From positions 8,990,001 through 9,054,000 of the forward strand of contig OZ024752.1 in assembly GCA_964016885.1 (NCBI GenBank): a stretch of DNA of 64,000 bases, read 5' to 3'. This DNA is from Eledone cirrhosa (Eukaryota). Positions 1 through 11,240 of the stretch are shown in pieces (position 1 is the stretch's first letter; every line of letters begins with the position of its first letter). A program made the position numbers and the translations under genes. The notes beneath the pieces were generated by a model. The model ran no database searches. It was not told the origin of the DNA and saw nothing but the letters and a program-made list of their open reading frames with translations.

Positions 1-242
1 TTGAAAGAGGCAATTGTTTGTATTTATCAACTTTTTCTGGATCTAACATACCCACTGCTTCAACAATACATTCTTTAATTATTTCTACGTCACTAAATGG
101 TTTGCCTCTTTTTCCAAGTATATGTGCTATTTTGTAAGTAACATCAACGGCAGTGGATTATTCTTCACAAAAGGACTAAAAGACGTCTGTTGATAATGCC
201 TTTCATTTTTCAATTTTTGAAGTGCAGCTTGTCGAGATTCAC

Positions 243-905
243 CTTCATAGCTTACAGATTATGCACTTCCTATCTATACAGAGAGGTCTTTGAAAAGGGT
301 ATGTATTACTAATTACTGTTTTTATAGAGGTACCTGGTCTTTCCACTATCTTTATATTTAGTTTAAGTTTATCTAGGGCCCTTCTAAATTTGTAAGCTAG
401 TTCACCTCTAGGGGTTGTATTGATGAACATTACACTCTGGTATTTATTGCTATCATACTATCAGTTTATTTTATTAACCTTATTCCTAGTTCTTTCTATT
501 CTATTCCAAAATTTCCCCCTATACAAGGGGCAGGTCCCATTTGTATCATTATCTACCATTTTTTTCCATTTGGTTCTGGCTCCTCTATATACTCTGATTT
601 TATCTCTGATTGTAACCAGAGAACTGCATATGGTGGATGAAGTGTTGTATGTGTCTCTCTAGTTCTTTGGGGTTGCACATGCGGGACACGTTTCTCATCA
701 CCCGTACTAAATCCGTAATCAGTATGTTGATTTTGGTGTGATCCGAAACAGCTGAGTTTCGGTAGATCAGGTATTTGGAAGTCATGGGTTTGGCATAATG
801 GGAATGCAGGATTTGTTTTTTGTTATTAATGGTTTCTAACCAGAGCTCTGTCTAGTACAGGTAATCGATGGTAGGTCTTCTTGTCTGGGATGGGAATGGA
901 CTTAA
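243..905 (-). pseudogene. Penelope-like element fragment (RT C-terminus, thumb and linker), copy 1
   Basis: Frameshifted translation RLPVLD..WLETINNKKQILHSHYAKPMTSKYLIYRNSA..ILITDLVRVMRNVS..FSGY and FINTTPRGELA..IKIVERPG..C..C..C resembles the PLE thumb/linker. Confidence 0.75.
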
Positions 906-2300
906 GTGAGATCCTGCAGTAAGTACTTCCAAAGCAGGAAAGTAAACGTCGTGCATGCTCTCATAGGCATGGATATTCAACAGCATTTGACCAGATTTCT
1001 ATGGGATCCTTTTTAGCCTCAAAAAGGGATTTGAAGATACTATCTTCCCCCAACTCAAATAACTCGACTTGTAGTTCCGTAGGACCCTCGGATATATCTA
1101 CTAAATGTGGTTCAAATACCAGTTTCATAGCAGGTGTGTATTTGTCAAAATCTGAAAATCTTTCAGTATATTCTTCTATTAAAGAATCCAAGACACCTAC
1201 ATATCCATCAAATATTTTATTTTCACATTTCTGCTCATTCAACATTTTTGCTAGCTCCAGGAAGTGTTCTGCAGATATATCCGAGCGAGAGAGTAATGTT
1301 TTGAAAAATGTTAATTTTTTTTTTTGAAACGCTTGGATCTTTTGCCACATTTCATATATATGCTTTGTTTTACCTTGCAAGCAAATATTTAAATTATTTT
1401 GTTTTGTCATGATATCAGACAAAAATGCAATGTTTCTGCAAAATGCTTCATCTGATAGATCACAAAGTTTTCCTTGTTCGTGATAAAAGTTTAAAATTTG
1501 TCGTCGTAAAGTTAAAACTTTTATCAAAACCTCTCCTGTTGATAGCCAGCGAACCTTGCAGTAGATCAACACTGTATGTTTCCTCGTCTAAAGTTAGCAT
1601 CTGCCTAAATTCACGATGATGCATTGCATTAACGCAAATATGGTTGACAATCGCAATTGCTCTATCCAGAGCGTCTTGCAAAATGCAGTGAAATGATATA
1701 AATTTTTTCAAGTTTAAGTTTTCATAAAGCAATGAATCCTTTCATAGAGGGTGCGCCATCGGTGCAGACACTGACTAAATTACTGACATTTAATTGTAAT
1801 CGATGACATACCTCTCTGAAGTTTTCGAAAATGTCAACTCCGCGAGTTCTTCCAGTTAGCATACCCAGCGCAAGAAGTTCTTCGTAACACTGAACATCTT
1901 TAGTTACAGCACGAATAAAATATAAAACTTGCGACAAGTCAGTTTTATCAGTGCTTTCATCCAAAGCAATTGAAAAATAAACAATCTTCATTTTGTATTA
2001 TTGTACAAAGTTGCTCTGTTACATTTTGAGCTAATTCGTGCTGTCGATCTGTTATAGTTCTTCTTGAAAGAGGCAATTGTTTGTATTTATCAACTTTTTC
2101 TGGATCTAACATACCCACTGCTTCAACAATACATTCTTTAATTATTTCTACGTCACTAAATGGTTTGCCTCTTTTTCCAAGTATATGTGCTATTTTGTAA
2201 GTAACATCAACGGCAGTGGATTATTCTTCACAAAAGGACTAAAAGACGTCTGTTGATAATGCCTTTCATTTTTCAATTTTTGAAGTGCAGCTTGTCGAGA
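905..2300 (-). pseudogene. hAT transposase fragment (GTF2IRD2/EPM2AIP1/Spin-like), frameshifted, no TIRs seen
   Basis: GKPFSDVEIIKEC, LPLSRRTI, YFSIALDESTD, VCTDGAPSM, FHCIL, VRWLSTG motifs. Confidence 0.9.
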
Positions 2301-2305
2301 TTCAC

Positions 2306-2968
2306 CTTCATAGCTTACAGATTATGCACTTCCTATCTATACAGAGAGGTCTTTGAAAAGGGTATGTATTACTAATTACTGTTTTTATAGAGGTACCTGG
2401 TCTTTCCACTATCTTTATATTTAGTTTAAGTTTATCTAGGGCCCTTCTAAATTTGTAAGCTAGTTCACCTCTAGGGGTTGTATTGATGAACATTACACTC
2501 TGGTATTTATTGCTATCATACTATCAGTTTATTTTATTAACCTTATTCCTAGTTCTTTCTATTCTATTCCAAAATTTCCCCCTATACAAGGGGCAGGTCC
2601 CATTTGTATCATTATCTACCATTTTTTTCCATTTGGTTCTGGCTCCTCTATATACTCTGATTTTATCTCTGATTGTAACCAGAGAACTGCATATGGTGGA
2701 TGAAGTGTTGTATGTGTCTCTCTAGTTCTTTGGGGTTGCACATGCGGGACACGTTTCTCATCACCCGTACTAAATCCGTAATCAGTATGTTGATTTTGGT
2801 GTGATCCGAAACAGCTGAGTTTCGGTAGATCAGGTATTTGGAAGTCATGGGTTTGGCATAATGGGAATGCAGGATTTGTTTTTTGTTATTAATGGTTTCT
2901 AACCAGAGCTCTGTCTAGTACAGGTAATCGATGGTAGGTCTTCTTGTCTGGGATGGGAATGGACTTAA
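2306..2968 (-). pseudogene. Penelope-like fragment, copy 2 (duplicate of 243-905)
   Basis: Identical ORFs 2308-2493 and 2663-2848. Confidence 0.75.
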
Positions 2969-3169
2969 GTGAGATCCTGCAGTAAGTACTTCCAAAGCAG
3001 GAAAGTAAACGTCGTGCATGCTCTCATAGGCATGGATATTCAACAGCATTTGACCAGATTTCTATGAGATCCTTTTTAGCCTCAAAAAGGGATTTGAAGA
3101 TACTATCTTCCTCCAACTCAAATAACTCAACTTGTAGTTCCGTAGGAGCCTCGGATATATCTACTAAAT

Positions 3170-4140
3170 ATATCTACGGTAATGTTAATAAAAGTTTGGT
3201 CATACAGTATGACGCGTTCAGGGATCTGGGCGATCCTTTCGGGCCTCATTTGAACTAAAAGTTCGAGTCCTGTTCCACTGAACGCGTCACCCGATGCCTT
3301 TCCCATGGATATTAATGTGTCGTCGTCTAAGTCCAGGAAACCTGTCAATACCCACCATATGTCCATAATTGGAAGGATGGTGTGAATTTTTATTTTTTGT
3401 GTCCTACCCATGTATGTAGAGTAGAAGGTGGATGTGATTGGTTTTATTGACAGTTTCGCTGCTGTGTCCCTGTCATTCATGAGAATGTACGGGGACTCCC
3501 GTAGAGTCTTAACCTTCTGAATGAATATGATGTCTTTCATGACATCTTTTAAATGTTGGCTCAGCGCCAACATGGACGCCTTCCGTACGATGTTACAGAT
3601 GTTTGACAGTGTCCAGACCACTGCGGACAGACTGGACGAGATGGACATTGCTCGGACAGATGACCACCACACCACCCTCAAAACAGCCAGCGATAGATTC
3701 TTCCTGACACTCAAAGAATTCCTGAACCAAGACAGACTTTCTACTAGGGACCAGCTGGTCCCTGGTCCCAATCTTTAATGAACCCAGTTAATGATTTAGG
3801 GGCCAGTCTGCTCCCTCCCACCTTTTTTCTATACACTGTTCACTTTGCTGACATTTGTACATTATTCTGTGTACTATACATGCACCTTTGATGAGTTGTA
3901 GTGCACTGTACACAATAATTTCATTATTATTATTTAAAACCAGCTCTATCTCACTCTATGATGGTTGAGCTGGTTTTTTGGTTTTGTTTGAGACTGTCCT
4001 AAACATGACTGTTTAGGAGTCTCTGGCTTTTTAGTTCCGGGGGGGAGTGGATCGAAAATGATCCATTTTCCCCGTACACTACGTATTATTTGGCATCTGC
4101 CAGTAGCTCCTTAGCTTTGCTTATATCTACTGGCAGGTAC
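3170..4140 (-). pseudogene. Non-LTR ORF1 (gag-like) fragment, same family as 16330-17990, interrupted at ~3565-3945
   Basis: KDVMKDIIFIQK..ILM..D..AA...S..PI...TYMG shared with 17058-17537; DNA similarity of 3960-4110 to 17390-17520. Confidence 0.65.
3565..3934 (+). mobile_element. Probable 3' end of a retroposon (LINE/SINE tail) inserted in + orientation
   Basis: Interrupts the ORF1 homology and ends in CACTGTACACAATAATTTC(ATT)n. Confidence 0.4.
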
Positions 4141-4222
4141 TCGAGGGTTTTCTAGTGTTAAAGTTATTGGGGTTGTGGTGAAGTTCTGTGTTATGGCCCT
4201 TAGGTATGTAGTAGATTGACTG

Positions 4223-5395
4223 GGCATACGTCAAAACGGCCGGTCACAAAAGTGAAACTAACTTTTGACAGTTACATACGTCATTACTTTCAATTTGGAT
4301 TGTGAAAATAACTACATAGTTATACGTTTGTTGCATATAAAATATAAATTGACGTACTTATGAAAATCCTTATTACACCCTATAAATAGCTGAAATACAG
4401 TTGATCATCTCGCCAAACTTGTTGGCACCAACTCTCTGCCGCCAAAGAAATTCAGCTAAATATGAGGGGAATAAAGCATCGCTTGTCCCATGCTGGCGAT
4501 GAAGCTTTTTCTTTGCACGGCTCCAAGTGTTCTCTATGAGTTGTGTGTGCACATTAGGGTCTTCTGGATCTACAAAGTTCCGTTGGTGCACAACAACATC
4601 ATGGAGGTAAATGCCACCTTGAATGTGTTCAATATCCGAATAGGAAGCCCAACCATCGGACATGATGTGGCTTCCTGGCAAAATCCATTGCTGTATGATG
4701 GGGACAAGAGTCTCACGGCTTCGATCTGGGACTTTGATGAGGCAGCAGCATCCAGAATGGCGTTCTACAGCGCCGAAGACCCAGTGGCCTTGTCTCCACT
4801 GGCCACGATGATACATTCTATGAAAGTATTTTGATTTGTCGATCTCAACAATGATCGACGAACCATTCTCATCGAATCCTCCAAGCTGTTGAGCCATATT
4901 TGATGTGACACTGTATTACAATCCAGCCTTTCGGTGCTTCGTTTTAAAAAAAAAAAAATTTCCCAGCCCTTCTGACGCCAATCTGTCTTTCTGACCCCAA
5001 GCTGCCCCTCTGACCCAAATCCCTTATCATTCTCTGTCCTTCTTATGACTCTACCTTAATTTCTTTGGCAACAGAGAGTTGGTGCCAACAAGTTTGGCGA
5101 GATGATCAACTGTATTTCAGCTATTTATAGGGTGTAATAAGGATTTTCAATATTTATTTATTTCAACACACAATGTCGTTATTTAAAAAAAAATTTTCTG
5201 TACACACAATACACAAAAAAAGAATAAAAAAAAATTATCACGTACACGCAATACTAATCAACAAAATTCACTTTCACTATTGAGACCTGTTGTAAAAAAA
5301 CAAACAAATTCACAATCCAAATTGAAAGTAATGACGTATGTAACTGTCGTCAAAAATTAGTTTCACGTTTGCGACCGGCCGTTTTGACGTATGCC
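4223..5395 (-). mobile_element. Merlin (IS1016/ISXO2-like) DNA transposon, internally deleted
   Basis: ~80-bp TIRs starting GGCATACGTCAAAACGGCCGG; 9-bp TSD GATTGACTG at 4214-4222 and 5396-5404. Confidence 0.92.
4373..4897 (-). CDS. Truncated Merlin transposase, catalytic domain only (174 aa)
   Basis: Near-identical to the C-terminus of 20413-21387; WVFGAVER, SDGWASY, HTQLIENTW; EIDES changed to EIDKS. Confidence 0.8.
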   Translation of the reverse strand: MAQQLGGFDENGSSIIVEIDKSKYFHRMYHRGQWRQGHWVFGAVERHSGCCCLIKVPDRSRETLVPIIQQWILPGSHIMSDGWASYSDIEHIQGGIYLHDVVVHQRNFVDPEDPNVHTQLIENTWSRAKKKLHRQHGTSDALFPSYLAEFLWRQRVGANKFGEMINCISAIYRV

Positions 5396-5469
5396 GATTG
5401 ACTGTGCATAACCAGATTCAGAAAGGGCCTTATTATAATATGCTGCATGGGCATTAAATATCTGCTTTT

Positions 5470-5893
5470 TAGTTCTGTCACATTGGTAATTCAATCCGAA
5501 TTCACTAAATTCAGATAGATTAAGATCTCCCTCTCAGAGTTGTCTCGTTATATTCCTCGAATTACCCCAATCTAGCCAATATCTGCTATTATCCAAGTAT
5601 GTACCCATAAACGGTCCTGATGCCAGACTGATACAGCCATCTTGAATGACGTAACTGTCGGCCCCTTGGTGGTGATCTTGTGAAAACTTTCCGTTGTTTA
5701 GTAATGTACCGTGTTGAATACAACTACCACCCCATTCAGTATTCGTTAATGGTTTTCTGAGTAGCGAATGATTTGTCCATTCATGTACGAACGTGTCTCC
5801 CTGTCGCAACTCCTTTACTTCGTGCAGCCCTCTCCAATCGTGTAAGAATCTCATCTTAATCTCGCATTTATTCTCCACGAATGTTCCTCCGTA
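5470..5893 (-). pseudogene. Probable endogenous parvoviral capsid fragment (middle region)
   Basis: VKELRQGDTFVHEWTN resembles the parvoviral VP LRTGD motif; lies next to NS1 and VP fragments. Confidence 0.5.
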
Positions 5894-5894
5894 G

Positions 5895-6186
5895 GTATTA
5901 AGAAAAAGAGAAGAAATGGTTTGTATGAGCACCTCTTCCACCAGCGAAGTCAACTTATATTCTATTCTATTTCAATATATATATAGACAGCGACAGCCAA
6001 AGACAACTGTTTGTTCTTTACCAAACAGCCCACAAGGCGCCTTGTGGGCTGTTTAGTAAAGAACAAACAGTTGTCTTTGGCTGTCGCTGTCTATATATAT
6101 ATATATTGAAATAGAATAGAATATAAGTTGACTTCGCTGGTGGAAGAGGTGCTCATACAAACCATTTCTTCTCTTTTTCTTAATAC
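5895..6186. repeat. Near-perfect ~290-bp palindrome with no spacer
   Basis: Arms are reverse complements centred on AAGGCGCCTT (~6034-6043); they differ by one mismatch and (TA)n length. Confidence 0.95.
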
Positions 6187-6212
6187 TAGTGCTTTTCTTC
6201 AAACTTCTTCAC

Positions 6213-6355
6213 CACAATCGATGGCAGGTCCAATATGGCGTCTATTTTATGTATATATATATTGTAACCTGATACACTGGTTCTTATGAATTTAATATAT
6301 TCTTATGTAATTTGATACTCACTTAGCCGCCATTTTGTTGTGACCATCGATTGTG
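6213..6355. mobile_element. Small MITE-like element
   Basis: Terminal inverted repeat CACAATCGATGG/CCATCGATTGTG with subterminal ATGGCG/CGCCAT; no clear TSD. Confidence 0.4.
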
Positions 6356-6448
6356 TAGTAGGTTATGAAATAATGTAGGTCATGCAAATAAAAAAAAATT
6401 TTTTGCTGATTGAAAAATTTATTTTATCCAATCAAAATACAGAGATTA

Positions 6449-7095
6449 TTATTCATAACGGCATTTAAAGTCTGAATGAGGAGGTGAATCACCATTCTCA
6501 AATGGATCATCACTATTGAAAAATTCATGACAATCGTCTTTTAAATGTTCAATTTCTTCTTCTGTGTAAGTCTTCTCTTCTTTTTCTGTTGTATTCGTAT
6601 TTATTTTCTTGTTATTATCTTCTTCTGTGTCTGTATTATCAAGTTTCCTTTTTCTGTCTGTAGTGAAATCTATATCGTAGTTCGTATACATAGTTGATTC
6701 TGGTACTTCGAGCATTTTAGTAGAAAGATATGTATTTTGTTCATAGTCTACTATGTACGTCTTCCAAATAATCAACCACATTAAAGGATTCAGTTCTTTT
6801 TGGCCCCATGACTTTAAGGCATCCATTGCTTTATGTGTTTCGTATATGAACATTCTAGCTCTCAATGCTGTCTCATCCTGCATTACGCGGTCCCATGGAT
6901 CGCTATTTCCTGTACTAATACAGGGTGTTCTGTGCATGATACGTTCGGCCTGGTGCTTTATGTTCACGTAGGTTTCGGTGCCTTCCAGAATACATTTGGC
7001 TTCAATATTAGCCGTAGTAAACCACATCTCGTCTGAAAATCATAGTCTTGTCTACGCAAGTCCCGAACGTGAAGTTATCGCTTCCTTGACACCTC
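6449..7095 (-). pseudogene. Endogenous parvoviral NS1/Rep, C-terminal half of the SF3 helicase plus acidic tail
   Basis: DNFTFGTCVDKTMIF(frameshift)DEMW (cf. AAV Rep NFPFNDCVDKMVIWWEE), KCILEG, VNIKHQ, TPCISTGN, ALRARM; AATAAA downstream of the stop. Confidence 0.85.
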
Positions 7096-7117
7096 ATCCT
7101 TGATTACCCATGTAGAA

Positions 7118-7744
7118 TTATTCATAGTTTGGTAAAAGCAACTGGTCTATTTTCGTTGGATAGATCATTTGAAATCCATCATTTGGAATATGTGACAGTC
7201 CACGTAGATTACTATATCCTATATACTTTCCTCTGTCCACATATACTTGGAAATACGGCAATGGATTACTGATAAATTGATCCTCTCCTTTTGCAACGAT
7301 CCATTCTGAACAGATTATATTTGATATTTTGAATCCAGCTTTTTGGACTCTATATTTCGTGGCCAGTTTTAGATTTGTTTCCCAGTCTATCGGTTTCACC
7401 CATGACGTCAGATAATACGGTACCAAATAATCTGCAGAAAAACAGTATCCCCTTGCCATTTTATTATCCAGACTAACTGGTGGATTTTTGTCTCCCTTTG
7501 TTTGTCTCAATGCAAAGAATTTGCCTGTCGCTTCATTCATGTCCGTACTCTTTACACAGTTTTGGAACTTCCTAGTGAAAACGACAGTTCGTCGAAAGGG
7601 TCCTGTAGGCTCGGGTATGTCTGCAGCAGCACCCTGGGCTTGGCCTCACCATCCACCTCCTCCATCCGTTCTCACAGTTTCTTGATCCGTTTCCATGCCA
7701 GCCATATTAACAGCCCCACCACCGCCAGCAGCTACTTTTGGCAT
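7118..7744 (-). pseudogene. Endogenous parvoviral capsid (VP) N-terminal fragment with an internal stop
   Basis: Gly-rich N-terminus MPKVAAGGGG..DGGGGW*G, then TVVFTRKF, VPYYLTSWVKPIDW, YRVQKAGFKISN, PYFQVYVD in one frame. Confidence 0.7.
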
Positions 7745-7749
7745 CCGTT

Positions 7750-9250
7750 TTAGTGTGTGTGTGGATGCTATTCTTATTACTAGGTTTCCTCATGGACATA
7801 TTGTGCGAGATAATGTTGTAGCTATGTGTTTTCGTAGGTAGGAACTCAATCTCTATATTATGGCCAGATCTAGCTAATGCTTGATTATAATATTGCGAGT
7901 TTTTGCTAAATATGTTTGCGTCATAGGATAGATTAGAGATTCTATTGGATACCCCCTTAGAGATAGAGTCTAATATTGATCTAGGGTGGTTAGACTTGGT
8001 ATCTACGTAAATGAGTTTTTCGTTAGGCTTATGGAAAGGTGTATATATCTTTGAGTCTAGGTATAGTCTGGCGTCTAGGAAGTTAACGTTTTTAGTGTTT
8101 TTGTCCATGGTGATACTAAGGTTATAGTTTTTGAATGTCCTATGCAATAGTTTTCTAGTTCTTTCTATATTGAATTTTTTATATTCTATAAGTAGAAGTG
8201 CATCGTCGCGGTACAAACCACCGTTGAGGTATGGAAGGTCCTTATGGATTTCATTAAGTAAGTATAGGCCGACCAAATCAGTGACCTGCGCCGAGTCACT
8301 AGACCCCATGGTTATATCGAAGTTGTTGTGCGTATCCTTGCGGGTCCATAATTGGTCTTCAAAGGTGATTATGGTTTTACGGGCCGCAAGGATGACATCA
8401 ATCTGGGTTCTAGTCAGGTCGCTATTGTTCATGGCCATGATTAGTGCCTTATTTAATAGGATAGGGGAAATAGAGGTGTAGTATGAATTGATATCAAATT
8501 GAATACATTTTTTGTCCTTGTTATTCTTGATATCTTTGAACGATTCAATAACTTCACCCATATGTGTTTAATCTGTGGGATGATTTTATCTAAAATTTTC
8601 TTACTGATAATGCCAATGTCAGACTTGGAAGGGCAGATAAGTCTAATTGAGGGGTTGCTGATGAAGTCCTCCTTATGGTCCTTCAGAGAGAATCTAGCGG
8701 GGTTTGGGGTATATGGTTGTGTATGCCTCTGAAGTCCTAGTTTAGACACTATATTATATCCCTCTAAATTAATATCCTCTAAGTTTTTCATAGTAGTTTT
8801 CTTGTAGCTTTTATGTAGTTCATTATATATAAACTTTCTATAAGTATTATAATCTAGGCTGTATACGTTATTAGTTTTATCCGCATGTACAATAATTTTT
8901 TTACTAGTTTTGAATTCATTAATACAGGTGTTAAGTTTATTTAAGAAGGTGTTGTTTCTATTACGGTGCTTATTGTATTTAATGTTCTTAACTAGTTTTT
9001 TTAGGTCATTTTCAAAGGAGTTTAGTAGTGTGTTATGAGGGGGGCTTCTAAAGGTTTTAAAGCCGAAGGAGTCAAATTTGTTAGTATTATTAACATTGTT
9101 AGATTTGTTTTTATCATAATGGAATGTCCTCCATCTCACTCTATTGATAAAGGAATTTACACTGTCGATCAACAATTTCTCATATGTGTTCTTGGATGGT
9201 ATTGGTATGTTCTTGGTTGACATGGAGAGTTGGTCTTTGATTAGCATACT
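7750..9250 (-). pseudogene. Penelope-like element RT, frameshifted, 3'-truncated before the GIY-YIG domain
   Basis: KNIPIPS..FINRVRW, ADKT, LKDHK, IRLICPSKS, QFDINSYY, FDITMGSSDSAQ, GGLYRDD, NFLD, SNHP. Confidence 0.92.
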
Positions 9251-9475
9251 GGTAATTTATTGTATGTCAGCTCAACAGTATGGAGCAGTTAATAGTATTA
9301 AGGATACTATTTATGGTTATGCAAATACAAAAACCTTTTGTAGTTATATATATTTTTACAAACCCTAAATAGTGATAGGCAGTAATTTAAATAGCTCAAT
9401 GTACTAACATCAGATGTTTTACAGAGCAGTTATATATAAGTTATAAGAATCAAAGTTCTGATCAAATCATTTATA

Positions 9476-9522
9476 TGCTTACAATTGTTTCCTCCAAACC
9501 GAGGTTTGGATTCTTTGGAACA
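9476..9522 (-). ncRNA. Degenerate type I hammerhead motif upstream of the PLE ORF
   Basis: TGTT-CCAAAGA-stem II (TCCAAACC/GGTTTGGA)-GAAA-CAATTGTA-AGCA; the CUGANGA box is mutated. Confidence 0.55.
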
Positions 9523-10205
9523 ATTTATTAATGGATGATCACATATATGACCTCCTTTTCACCCCAAGAGACATACAGATACATATGCAAACATTGTTGC
9601 TTGGTAGTTCGACAACCATTATAATATTTAGTGTGGCAGTAGTATACATTTAAAGGTTACATTCATATCAAAAGTTAAAGTTAAAATACAACATGAAATT
9701 AATGCGATAGGATAGTCATAAGCAGTTATTGAGTGCAATAGTTACACGTGTGGCACGCACGTGTGTCTTATTTTGTATAATGCTATAATGCGGCAGAGTG
9801 TTACATGCAATAGAAGCACTTAAACGGGTGATCAAGAGTGTCAAGGGGGTTGAACTGGTAATGAATCCTTTATACGAATGTTATAGAAACCTGTGCGTGG
9901 AGAAATATTATAAATATTAAATATTGGAAATGTGTAGCAAAGCGATGATATGGATGATACGTACAGCACCATTTTCTCAGTCTGGGGAGCATAATATCCA
10001 GATTATATGCCCCTCACATAATCTACGACGATTCAATATTGGGCGTTTGACGATTCTGTTAGAGTATCGTAGTTTGTTGGTCTTTAGCTCAATATAGCAG
10101 GTTGTTAAGTTGCGAGAATCAACATCGAATCTGGGTCAGTGCATGTCATATTGGATGTCAAAAGTTAACTATATATATATATATATATAAATATGGTTCA
10201 ATAAT

Positions 10206-10490
10206 ATGGAAAATAAAAATAATCATAAGTTCATTCAAGTGGACATAGCTAGTTACTATTCCTCAATAACTCCTAACCTACCAAATAAGGTGCTATCCTA
10301 TGCATATAAACACACGGATCTATCTAGTGATGAGATAAATATCATTTTAACGGCAAGGCGAACATTAATAGATTTTAATAATGATCTTTGGACTAGATCG
10401 GATAGGCAAAAAACTTTGACATTACTATGGTCTCGTCTGATTCGGCGCAAGTTACCGATCTTGTGGGAATTTTCATCCTTAATCCTTTAG
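10206..10490 (+). pseudogene. PLE RT fragment in + orientation (exception to the strand bias), next to (TA)n
   Basis: FIQVDIASYYSSI..ILTARRT..FNNDLWTR; DSAQVTDLVG follows in a shifted frame. Confidence 0.85.
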
Positions 10491-10639
10491 TATTCGCATT
10501 AATTTTCAAATGTTATGCTTATCTGTTCGCATTATTCAGTTAATCATACTCACGAGGGTTATCAATTTTATTTGTTTGTAATTTTCTTCATTTTCTATGT
10601 GCAGACTCGAAATTTTGTCAGATGTTTAAATATCAATAA

Positions 10640-11240
10640 TTTACAAATATATAATTTTACCTGATTTTTTTTTGGTCAAATTTGACTTTTATGGGCAGGT
10701 GAAATTAATTAATAGGGGCATTTGAAGTATCAACCAGGTGCAAATACTGGTTTAATTTTAAATACGTTGTTTTCGGTATAATACTTGATATGTAAGAATC
10801 ACTAAACCTTATCTCAGTGTTCCAGTAATTCCACAGTCTTGGAAATTGTTTTATACCGAATATAATATTTATGGTAAAAAATGCTTGCATTTCCACAGAT
10901 CTGTCAGTCGCCAAACAGATCGGGTTTTTTCTTGATTTAAAATCTGTTCTTGGGCATATCGATTAAACTCTTCTGCCACAACTTCGAAGAAAGTTTGTGG
11001 TAAAAAAAAAAAGAAATAATCCAGTGCTTTAGCATCCGGAGCTAACGTGTGTTATGGACCAATATTTTGAATAAAATCGGGAACATATATTGGTGTGGTA
11101 TTTTCAACCACGATGCTGAAATATTTTCAATGGCACCCTGGAGACCTCCTTCGTTTTCACTTTCAAAACAACAATCACCGTCGGACGAAATTTCAGAAAT
11201 ATAAACATCAGATTCATTTGAAGATAAATCACTAATATTA
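10640..11240 (-). pseudogene. piggyBac (PGBD4-like) transposase N-terminal fragment
   Basis: Acidic N-terminus, ALDYFFFFLPQTFFEVVAEEFNRYA, EMQAFF..GIKQFPRLWNYW..YLHLVD. Confidence 0.8.

Larger units (their letters stand above)
1..3169. repeat. Direct tandem duplication, period 2063 bp (chimeric hAT+PLE unit); may continue left of the window
   Basis: 1-~1106 recurs almost identically at 2064-~3169; identical ORFs at 245/2308 and 600/2663. Confidence 0.95.
4140..5465 (-). pseudogene. Short PLE thumb fragment split by the Merlin insertion
   Basis: Joining the flanks over one TSD gives IFNAHAAYYNKALSESGYAQSIYYIPKGHN, matching the YYN.AL..SG motif of other PLEs in the window. Confidence 0.75.

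Noticed and set aside
420-1327. + strand ORFs overlapping TE fragments (e.g. 420-662, 1001-1327, and similar throughout)
   Set aside because: Shadow frames of minus-strand transposon coding sequence with no recognisable motifs
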